64,000 nt of DNA from Sandaracinaceae bacterium (GTDB taxonomy: Bacteria; Myxococcota_A; Polyangia; Polyangiales; JAFGIB01): assembly GCA_017881055.1 (NCBI GenBank), contig JADGRF010000120.1, positions 489 through 64,488 on the forward strand, given 5' to 3'. Made by a program: the position numbers and the translations under genes. Within the stretch, counting starts at the first letter, position 1. Each line of letters starts with the position of its first letter. The notes under the pieces are model-generated. The model saw nothing but the letters and a program-made list of their open reading frames with translations. It ran no database searches and was not told the origin of the DNA. Below are positions 46,474 to 54,900 of this stretch, piece by piece.

Positions 46474-47616
46474 TCAGGCGTGCGGAGGAGCAGCGTTGGC
46501 CGCCGCGGCGTTGCGCTTCTTCTCGATCGCGGCCATCAGCGCGTCGAACGACGCGGAGAAGCTCTCGACGCCCTGCGCGAGCAGGCGTGCGGTCAGCTCG
46601 TCGATCGAGATGCCCACGTCTGCCAGCGTCGCCATGACCTGCCGCGCCTGGTCCAGGTTCTGCTCGAGCTGGCTCACCAGCTTGCCGTGATCGCGGAACG
46701 CTGTGAGCGTGGCAGGGGGAATCGTGTCGACCGTGTCGGGGCCGATCAGCGCCTCGACGTAGAGCACGTCGCTGAGGTTCGGGGCCTTGGTGCTCGTGCT
46801 CGCCCAGAGCAGGCGCTGCGCGCGGGCGCCACGCGCCGCCAGGGCCTGCCAGCGCGCACCCTGGCAGCGCTCTTTCCAGTCCTGATACGCGAGCTTGGCG
46901 TTTGCGATCGCGACGTTGCCGATCACGCTCTGCAGCTGCGCGCGCTGCGCAGGAGAGCCGCTCGCGAGCCGCGCCTTCAACATCGGGTCCACCAGCACGT
47001 CGAGGCGACTGACGAACACGCTGGCCACGCTGGCCACGCGCGCGGGATCTCCGCCGTACTCCAGCAGCGTGTCGAGCCCGTCCATGTACGCTTCGGCCAC
47101 GTCGTCGCAGACGCTGCGCGAGAACAGCAGCGTGACGTTCACGTTGATGCCGCGGCCGATCAGCTGGCGGAACGCCGCAATGCCCTCCGGCGCGCCGGGC
47201 ACTTTGACCATCAGGTTGTCGCGCCGCACGGTGTGCCACAGCCGCGTCGCCTCGGCGATCGTGCCTTGCGTGTCGTGCGCGAGGTGCGGCGAGACCTCCA
47301 TGCTGACGTAGCCGTCGCGACGCTCGGATTCGTCGTAGACCGGACGCAGAACGTCTGCGGCCTGCTGGATGTCCTCGATGGCGAGCTGCTCGTAGACCGC
47401 CGCCGTACTCTGGCGCTTGTCGACACGCTCGATCGAGGCCGCGTAGTCCGTGCTGTCTGCAATGGCCTTCTCGAAGATCGACGGATTGGTGGTGACGCCG
47501 CGGATGCCGTCTTCGCGCACCATCCGTGCAAGCTCGCCGCTCTGCAGCAGCTGACGCCGAATGTAGTCGAGCCAGAGCGCTTGGCCGCAGGTCGGGTGAA
47601 GGTCCTTCAAGTCCAC
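46474..47616 (-). CDS. tal: Transaldolase
   Basis: ALWLDYIRR, GVTTNPSIFEKA and LMVKVPG (Schiff-base Lys context). I prefer GTG 47616 (GAGG 5 nt upstream) to the track's TTG 47697. Confidence 0.85.
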   Translation of the reverse strand: MDLKDLHPTCGQALWLDYIRRQLLQSGELARMVREDGIRGVTTNPSIFEKAIADSTDYAASIERVDKRQSTAAVYEQLAIEDIQQAADVLRPVYDESERRDGYVSMEVSPHLAHDTQGTIAEATRLWHTVRRDNLMVKVPGAPEGIAAFRQLIGRGINVNVTLLFSRSVCDDVAEAYMDGLDTLLEYGGDPARVASVASVFVSRLDVLVDPMLKARLASGSPAQRAQLQSVIGNVAIANAKLAYQDWKERCQGARWQALAARGARAQRLLWASTSTKAPNLSDVLYVEALIGPDTVDTIPPATLTAFRDHGKLVSQLEQNLDQARQVMATLADVGISIDELTARLLAQGVESFSASFDALMAAIEKKRNAAAANAAPPHA

Positions 47617-47745
47617 GTGAGCCTCGTGAGGGTAGAGAGTTGGCGTCCGCTGCGTGCTGTGAGCGCGCAGGAACGAAGCAAGCTCCGCGCCAAGCAAAGT
47701 GCCAAGGCAGCGCCGCCGAGCACGCTGTCCCCGGCGAGCTGCCGT

Positions 47746-48348
47746 CTAGAACGCTGCGGCCGACGCTGGTGGCACATGCTTCTCGTGCGGTAAGAAGAGC
47801 TGCACGACCGCGTCGCGCTGCTCGAGGCGCAAGCGCTCGAGCGCATCGATGACAGCCGGCGTGGGCGACAGGCGTGCATGTTCTTCCCACGCCTCCATCA
47901 GGCCTTGGAAGCGCTCCAGCGGTCCGTTCATGTCGGCGCGTGCATCGAAGCTCCAATACACAAGGCGCTCGTAGCGCTCCAAGGCCGCAGCATCGTCGGG
48001 ATGCAGCAGACTTTCGATCAGCAGGCCCGAGAGCACGCGTCCCTCGTCACCGCGCGGCGAGCCCTTACGCACCAGGTACTGCGCCGCTCGCTCCAGACTC
48101 CGCGGGAACACGGCTTCGGCGTACTCGGCGGGCGTGTACAGGTTGGCGAGCTTGGCCATGCACTGCACCACGCTGTCGTAGCTGTCTTCGGCGATGGCGC
48201 GGTCGCAGCGCTCAATCAACTGCTGGGCAACGCGCACGCGCCGCGGTTGTGGCGGCGTGACTGGCAGCGTGGCGGGGTGATTCGCTCCCGCACAGGCGGC
48301 GAGTACGAAGACGAACGAAACGTGGAGAACACCGGGTCGCGCGATCAT
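47746..48348 (-). CDS. Hypothetical lipoprotein
   Basis: ATG 48348 (MIARPGVLHVSFVFVLAACAG lipobox). Helical remainder. No family recognised. Confidence 0.6.
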   Translation of the reverse strand: MIARPGVLHVSFVFVLAACAGANHPATLPVTPPQPRRVRVAQQLIERCDRAIAEDSYDSVVQCMAKLANLYTPAEYAEAVFPRSLERAAQYLVRKGSPRGDEGRVLSGLLIESLLHPDDAAALERYERLVYWSFDARADMNGPLERFQGLMEAWEEHARLSPTPAVIDALERLRLEQRDAVVQLFLPHEKHVPPASAAAF

Positions 48349-48446
48349 CAACCAGACCAGTATAGGCCGTTTCTGAAGGTGGGCCAGGCAACAAAACCTG
48401 CGTCGAAGTGGTGGATGGGAAGGTGGGCGTGGTCGGTGTTCGTCCG

Positions 48447-48462
48447 CGGCACGCTCCATGCA
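48447..48462 (+). promoter_or_regulatory. Sigma-54-like -24/-12 element CGGCACGCTCCATGCA upstream of the DUF4398/OmpA pair
   Basis: GGCACG at -24, exact spacing, ATGCA at -12. About 55-nt leader. AAGGA RBS before ATG 48527. Confidence 0.4.
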
Positions 48463-48526
48463 GCGCATTGGAGTCGTTCCAACTAGATCTGGTCCCTCGA
48501 GGTCTGCACCGAAAGGCTAAGGAAAC

Positions 48527-48901
48527 ATGAACATTTTGATCCCAACTACTCCTGTGGCGCTCTTGCTCGCGCTGGGGTGCGCAGGCACCTATCCGCCGCC
48601 CACGCAGCAACTCGCCGACGTTCAATCCGCAAACCGCAGCGCGAACGAGGTGGGCGCGCAAAACAACCCGAAGGCACAGCTTCATCTCAAGCTCGCAGAG
48701 GAGCAGCTGCAGCAAGCAAAGACCGCGATGAAAGACGACGACAACAAGACGGCCTCGAGATTGCTCGAGCGCGCCAAGAGTGATGCCGAGCTGGCGATCG
48801 CGTTGGCTCGCAGAGACAACGCCACGCTGGCCGCGAACAAGGCCGTCGAACAGTCGAACGCTCAGCGCTCGACCAACCTCGAACAAGGAGCGACGCAATG
48901 A
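48527..48901 (+). CDS. DUF4398-type lipoprotein
   Basis: Lipobox LLALGC. Helical (QLHLKLAEEQLQQAKTAMKDDDNKTASRLLERAKSDAELA). ATGA overlap with the next gene. Confidence 0.75.
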   Translation: MNILIPTTPVALLLALGCAGTYPPPTQQLADVQSANRSANEVGAQNNPKAQLHLKLAEEQLQQAKTAMKDDDNKTASRLLERAKSDAELAIALARRDNATLAANKAVEQSNAQRSTNLEQGATQ

Positions 48902-49794
48902 AAACCTCGAGCGTAATGAAGACTGGTCTCGTGCTGGCACTCGCCTCTGCGGGTTGCGCAACCGCGGCGCCGCCACCTGACTTGGTGTCCGCCCGCACGT
49001 CGTACAGCCGCGCGCAGCAGGGCACGGCAGCGAAGCTCGACCCTGCGGACCTTTACACGGCCCAAAGGGCACTCGAAGCGGCAGAACATTCGTTCAAGGA
49101 GGACGGTGACACGCGCGAGACCCGCGACCTGGCCTATGTCGCGGACCGTCGCGCCCAAATCGCCGAGACTCGCGCCGAAGCCACCGAGGCCACTGCGCGC
49201 CAACAGCAGATACTCACGGCGATGCATGCCGAGGAGGCCACACACGCGAAGATGACGGCCGCCGAGCTTGCCCAAGCGAAGCAGCAATTGGCGTTGCAGG
49301 GCCAGACGATTCAGACGAAAGAACAGCAGCTCGCTTCGGAACGCGCGGCGCGTGCCGAAGCGGAGAAGCGAGCGGCCCAGGCGGCAGCTGATCTGGCCAA
49401 GTTTGCATCGGTCAAGCAAGAGACGCGCGGCATGGTGATCACGCTCTCGGGAGGCGTGCTCTTCACGTCCGGCAAGGCGGACTTGTTGCCCTCGGCGCAA
49501 GCGAAGCTGAACAGTGTCGCGGAGGCCCTCACCCAGCAGGATCCGGATTCCAAGATCGTGGTGGAGGGGCACACCGACTCTCAAGGCAGCGAGAGCTACA
49601 ACCAGGAGTTGTCGCAACGGCGCGCGCAGGCCGTGCGTGACTATCTCGTGTCTCGCGGGATCGCGGCCGACCGCGTGACCTCGCAGGGCTTGGGCTATTC
49701 GCGTGCGATCGCCGACAACAAGAGCGCCGAGGGTCGCGCCAACAATCGGCGCGTCGAGATCGTCGTTCAACCGCACAGCGTCGCCGAGCGGTGA
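48898..49794 (+). CDS. OmpA-family lipoprotein with N-terminal DUF4398-like and coiled-coil region
   Basis: Lipobox LASAGC. OmpA C-like GHTDSQGSESYNQELSQRRAQAVRDYLVSRG...NRRVEIVV. Confidence 0.9.
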   Translation: MKTSSVMKTGLVLALASAGCATAAPPPDLVSARTSYSRAQQGTAAKLDPADLYTAQRALEAAEHSFKEDGDTRETRDLAYVADRRAQIAETRAEATEATARQQQILTAMHAEEATHAKMTAAELAQAKQQLALQGQTIQTKEQQLASERAARAEAEKRAAQAAADLAKFASVKQETRGMVITLSGGVLFTSGKADLLPSAQAKLNSVAEALTQQDPDSKIVVEGHTDSQGSESYNQELSQRRAQAVRDYLVSRGIAADRVTSQGLGYSRAIADNKSAEGRANNRRVEIVVQPHSVAER

Positions 49795-49827
49795 AGCTGC
49801 GGTCACCGATGATCGTGCGCACGCATC

Positions 49828-49870
49828 TCTGCCCCACTGCGGATGAGCTCACGGCCGCAGGCGGGGCAGA
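49828..49870 (+). terminator. Imperfect hairpin TCTGCCCCACTGCGG ... CCGCAGGCGGGGCAGA after the ompA-like gene
   Basis: Arms of about 13 bp with one mismatch or bulge, 34 nt after the stop. No clear U-tract. Confidence 0.45.
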
Positions 49871-49930
49871 AATGCTGCGGCCCGAGCGCCGGGGATCGAC
49901 ACTCAGGCTCCACTCCCGCGGGCCCGTCGC

Positions 49931-50746
49931 GTGGCCCGCATCTTGCTTTTCATCGGATGTATGATGGGTTTTGACAACGGTGGTGCCGCCCGGTCTGTGC
50001 ACCACAGCACGAGTCGAGCGATGATGCGGGTCCAAAAGCTCATCGAGCAGAGCGCTGCCAGCGACCTCCCGGTGCTAGTCACCGGAGAAGTGGGCGTCGG
50101 CAAGGACCGCGTGGCGCGGGAAATTCACCGGCGCAGCTCACGCGCAGGAAACCCGCTCGTCGAGGTTCATTGCGTGTCGTTGCCGAGCGACTTCTTCTCA
50201 CGCCCGCTGCCGCGTCATGGATCGCTGCTGTTGCACGACATCGGCGAGCTATCCTGCGCTCTGCAAGACAGCCTGCTTGCGCTGTTGAAAGCGGAGGAAG
50301 AGCGGGCCTTCGACGCTGTCGACCAGGACCCCGTCGATATTCGCGTACTCGCCACCACGCATCGCGAGCTCACGCAGGCCATGCAGACAGGAGCCTTCTC
50401 CGAAGAGCTCTACTACCGGGTCAACCTGATCCACATTCACGTGCCGCCGCTTTGTGCGCACCGCGAAGATCTCCCCGCGCTCTTCCACCGATTCATGCAA
50501 GAGCACGCACCGCGCGACGGTTTTCAGGGCGAGCTGCCGGAGGCGCTCGTGAGGACGTGCCAATCGGTCGAGCGGAAGCCGGCGTTTGGGCAGGCTCCGC
50601 CCCTTTCGGTTGCGATTTGATTCACCGCCGAAGCTCCGGGAGGGAAAGCGGAAGAACGAAGAACACTGCGACAGGCACGACTTCGTGGTGCGTCAACGCA
50701 AGCGGCAGGCCAACTCGCGGAGGCCATGTGGTTCACCAAGAAATAG
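49931..50746 (+). pseudogene. Decayed sigma-54 enhancer-binding-protein-like gene: AAA+ core lacking the GAFTGA loop, then an in-frame TGA, then an HTH-like tail
   Basis: Walker A-like GEVGVGKD. The degenerate Walker B is LLLHDIGEL, and ELYYRVNLIHIHVPPLCAHREDLP is also present. The ELFGHEKGAFTGA segment is replaced by SDFFSRPLPRHGS. TGA at 50618-50620. The same frame continues FTAEAPGGKAEERRTLRQARLRGASTQAAGQLAEAMWFTKK* to TAG 50744-50746 (Fis-type HTH-like ER..L..A...G..TQAA..L). There are many A/T-ending codons compared with neighbouring genes. Confidence 0.5.
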
Positions 50747-50817
50747 CCCATCGAGGTCTATCGAGGCGGCCTCCACCCCTGCGAATTCCTCCCAAGTCGC
50801 GCTGCCCGTCCCGCAAC

Positions 50818-50835
50818 GGTATCGCGAGCGATACC
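50818..50835. promoter_or_regulatory. Palindrome GGTATCGC-GA-GCGATACC, candidate upstream activator site
   Basis: Perfect 8-bp arms, centred about 120 bp upstream of the -24 element at 50945. Confidence 0.3.
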
Positions 50836-50944
50836 GCGAGCACGCGCAGCCGGCTGTCTCAGCGAGACAAACGTGCGAGACAAGATCGCCCCAAGTTGCC
50901 GGCGGCGCGCGTTTGCAGGAGAATGCAGCGCTCGAAGATGCGAG

Positions 50945-50960
50945 TGGTGAGCTTTTTGCA
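50945..50960 (+). promoter_or_regulatory. Sigma-54-like -24/-12 element TGGTGAGCTTTTTGCA upstream of the USP-cgs operon
   Basis: The GG-N10-GC spacing is exact, and the -12 TTGCA element matches the consensus. The C of GC is 16 nt from ATG 50975. Confidence 0.45.
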
Positions 50961-50974
50961 TTGTGCACAGACCT

Positions 50975-51997
50975 ATGGACACCGCACCCGCGGAAGTTGG
51001 TACTCATGCACACGGGCATCACGTGCTGGTGTGTCTCGATCGTTCTCCCGGTTCCGAAGCGTCGCTGCCGTACGTGCTCGGCGTTGCAAAGACTTTTGGG
51101 AGTTCCGTTACGCTCGTGCACGTGATGGAACGGCAGCGGCCCGAGCAGTCGGGTCCTCATACGAGCGACGTGCTCGCCTGGGAAATCTCGCGCCGCGAAG
51201 CAGGCGTCTACCTCGAGCGGATTCAGAAAGAGACGTCGAAAACGCTGGGACAGGCCGTACAGACGCGCCTCGAGCAAGGTCAGCCGGCGGAGCGCATCGT
51301 CGATCTGGCCCGTGAGCTCAGCGCCGACCTCGTCGTGCTCTCGAGCCACGGCGAAGGCGGCAGCGCGGCCTCGAATCTCGGCAGCACGGTGCAGCAAGTC
51401 TTGGCGCTCGCGCATAGCTCCGTGTTCATCGTGCACACCTCGCCGGACGCGCCTCCGAAGACCGGGCTGCCCCAGCGGCTGCTCGTTCCGCTGGACGGCT
51501 CGCCACGCACCGAGAGTGTGCTGCCGACGGCTGCACGGATCGCGCGTAGCTATGGTGCGGAGCTCCTGCTGGTGCACGTCGTGCAAGAGCCGTTGCCGAC
51601 GCTGGTGCTGCATGCGCCCGAAGATCTTGCGCTCGCGTACGAGCTCGCCGGTCATCTAGAGCTCTCAGGCGGTCGTTATCTGCAACATTTGAGCGACCGC
51701 TTGACGCACGAGGCCACCCGCGTGCGCACGCTCGTGGTTCGCCACGTCAATGAGCGCCAGGCCTTGCTCGAGGTCTCTCAGCGGGAGGGTGTGGATTTGA
51801 TCGTGCTCTCCGCGCATGGTTCGGCGTGCGATCCGCTGCACGCCTTCGGCAGTGTCACGACCGATCTACTGACGCACTCGCAACTGCCGATGCTCGTGCT
51901 GCAGGATCTGCCGGAGCAGGACTTCTGCGGCAAGCACGATTCGCGGCACAGCTCCGCGCCGCCGCTGCGCGCAAGCTACCCGCCCGAGGGTGAGTGA
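50975..51997 (+). CDS. Tandem universal stress protein (two UspA domains)
   Basis: Two USP modules (HVLVCLDRSPGSE...LVVLSSHGEGG...STVQQVL...VFIV / RLLVPLDGSPRTE...LIVLSAHGSAC...SVTTDLL...MLVL). ATG 50975 preferred over GTG 50963. Confidence 0.85.
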   Translation: MDTAPAEVGTHAHGHHVLVCLDRSPGSEASLPYVLGVAKTFGSSVTLVHVMERQRPEQSGPHTSDVLAWEISRREAGVYLERIQKETSKTLGQAVQTRLEQGQPAERIVDLARELSADLVVLSSHGEGGSAASNLGSTVQQVLALAHSSVFIVHTSPDAPPKTGLPQRLLVPLDGSPRTESVLPTAARIARSYGAELLLVHVVQEPLPTLVLHAPEDLALAYELAGHLELSGGRYLQHLSDRLTHEATRVRTLVVRHVNERQALLEVSQREGVDLIVLSAHGSACDPLHAFGSVTTDLLTHSQLPMLVLQDLPEQDFCGKHDSRHSSAPPLRASYPPEGE

Positions 51998-54900
51998 CTC
52001 CGGGCCTCGGCGCTGCGTCACCGGAACCGGCCGAGAGGTCAGTCGCCATTGAAGCGGAAGCGGCTGACCTCGCGCGAGGTCAGCTCGACTTGACCCGCGC
52101 AGTCCGCTCGCCGGCGCGTTTCTTCGAAGCGTCGCCAGTCACGCGTGCGATCGAGTCCGCGCGGAAGCACTTGGCAGCCACGCCCATCGCCGACGCGGAC
52201 TCGCCCAAGGCAGCGGAGTGGTTTCTCGACAACTACTACTTGATTCGGCGCGTGGCACGCCAAGTCGAGGAAGAGCTGCCGCACGGGTTCGTACTGCATT
52301 TGCCCCAGGTCGCGTCGGGGCCCTCGAAAGGCAGCCTGCGGGTCGACACGCTGGCGCGCGCGCTCGTGACCAGTCATCGACTCGAGCTCGATCTCGTGGG
52401 CCTGCGACGCTTCATCGACGCCTATCAGACCGTGTCGCCACTGACGATCGCGGAGCTCTGGGCGCTGCCGACCATGTTGCGCTCGTGCGTGCTGCGGCAC
52501 TTGCTGCGCTTTCTATCGGAGCTGTATGCGCCCGAGTTGGGTGAACGCGCGCACTTTGGTCTGCGCGCGCCCGCGCCGGAGACCAGTGCCAAGCTGGTCG
52601 GGCACCTGCCGCTGGAACCGGGCCTCGGTGTGGAACGCGCCATCCACGCGCTCCGCGTGCTCGACGCGATGGATTGGAAGACCTTCTTCGAGAAGACCAA
52701 CCGCGTCGAAGCAATTCTGCGCACAGACCCTGCAGCGCTCTACGATCGAATGGACTTCGAGACCTGCGATGCGTATCGCAAAGTGGTCGAAGTGCTCGCC
52801 TGGCGCACGGGCCGGTTGGAGCAAGAGATCGCCGACCTCGCGATCACGATGGCGCGCGAGCACGCCCACGATGAGCGCCGCGGGCACGTAGGTCACTACC
52901 TGATGGATCAGGGCAGGCTGAGCCTGGAGGCTCGCATCGGCTTTCGCGCCAAAGGCATGGAGCGCGCGCGACGCGTGCTCACCGCGCATCCTACGGCTTG
53001 GTACCTGGGATCGATTGCGTCGCTGACGTTCTTGCCGTTGCTCGCGCTCGGTGCGCTGCTGACGCGCACCCAAGGCCACGGCTTCGCGATCGCCGTGGCG
53101 ATGTTGGTCTTCGTCGTGCCGACCTCGGCCGCAGCCGTGTCGACTATGCAGTGGTTGGTCGCGCACGTGGTGCCGCCTCGCACCCAGCCGAAGCTCGATT
53201 TTTCGAAGGGCTTGCCGAGCGACGCCAAGACCCTGGTGGTGATTCCGACCTTGCTTGGGCACGAGCGAGACATCGCGCCCATGATCCGGCAGATCGAGCT
53301 GCACTATCTGTCCAATCCCGACGCGCAGCTGCAGTTCGCGCTCTTGACCGACGACATGGACGCCGCGGTCATGCCGCAGAGCGAGGCTCTGGTGCAGCGC
53401 GCGTCGGCCTGCGTCACCGCGTTGAACGCCAAGCACGGCCAGGGCGGCCCGGGCCCATTTCATCTGTTGCATCGCGAGCCCCGCTGGAATCCCCAAGAGC
53501 AGTGTTTCATGGGCTGGGAACGCAAACGCGGCAAGCTCGCGGAGCTCAATCGCCTGCTCCGCGGCGATACCCAGACCAGTTACATCTGGCACGAGGGTGA
53601 AGCGAGCGGCCTGCGTGACATTCGCTTCGTGATCACGCTCGACAGCGACACCCAACTGCCGATGGGCTGTGCCCGGCGCCTCGTGGGCGTGCTCGCGCAT
53701 CCGCTCAATCGCGCCGTGTTCGACGCCGACACGGGGCGTGTCACGGCTGGCTACACGATCGTGCAGCCCCGCATCGAAGCGTCGCCTTCGAGCGCACACG
53801 ACACGTGGTTCTCGCGAATCTTCTCGGGTGACGTGGGCTTCGACATCTACACGCATGCGGTGTCGGAGCTGTATCAAGATCTGTTTGGTGCGGGTATCTA
53901 CGTGGGCAAAGGCATCTACGATGTCGATGCGTTCATGCGCAGCGTCGAGGGCTGCGTGCGCGAGAACACGCTCGTGAGCCACGACTTGTTCGAGGGTGTG
54001 CACGGCCGAACCGCGCTGGCGACGGACATCACGCTGTTCGAGGGCTACCCCTCGAGCTACGCGTCGTACGCCAAGCGCCTGCATCGCTGGGCGCGCGGCG
54101 ATTGGCAGCTCTTGCCTTGGCTGTTTGCCAAGGTGCCGTCGCAAGACGTCAGGCGCGTTCGCAACCGACTCACGGGGATCGATCGCTGGAAGATCCTGGA
54201 CAACCTGCGTCGCAGTCTCACCGGCCCACTCTTGTGTCTGGCGTTCGTGCTCGGTTGGACGTGGCTGCCGGGTCGCCCGCTGCTTTGGACGCTCGGCACA
54301 CTCGGTCTCTTGCTGCTGCCGGTGGCCACGTCGCTCGTGCTCGATAGTCAGCGACGCGCATCGAACCTCGCGCGCAGCATGCTGGCGCTCGTTCTGCTGG
54401 CCTACGAGGCCTACCTCATGGTCGATGCGCTCGTTCGCGTAGTCGTGAGGACGCGGCTCACGCACGCGCACCTCCTGCAATGGACGACCGCGGCGAACAC
54501 CGAGCTCGGCCTGGAGGCCGAGGCCCCGCGGCGCATGTTCTGGCGGACGATGTCAGCTTCGCCGATCTTGGCGGTTTCGTGCTCTGCGCTGATCCTCTGG
54601 CTTCGGCCCAGCGCGCTCGCTGCGGCCGCCCCGCTGCTCGCGCTCTGGTGCCTGTCGCCCGAGATCGCGCGCTTCATCAGTCGGCCCTCGCTTGGGCGCG
54701 CTGCACCGCTGCTCGCTGCGGAACGCAGGCAGCTTCGGCTGCTCGCGCGCAAGACGTGGAGCTTCTTCGAGGCCTTCGTCGGGCCGGACGATCAGTGGTT
54801 GCCGGTGGACAACTACCAAGAGTCACCGCTCGAGCAAACCGCGCATCGCACATCGCCGACGAACATCGGGCTCATGCTCTTGTCCACGCTCTCTGCGTAC

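Noticed and set aside
50618-50620. In-frame TGA in the EBP-like gene considered as selenocysteine or programmed read-through
   Set aside because: I noticed no SECIS-like hairpin immediately downstream. The flanking gene shows several other signs of decay, including lost motifs and relaxed codon bias. A nonsense mutation is the simpler explanation.
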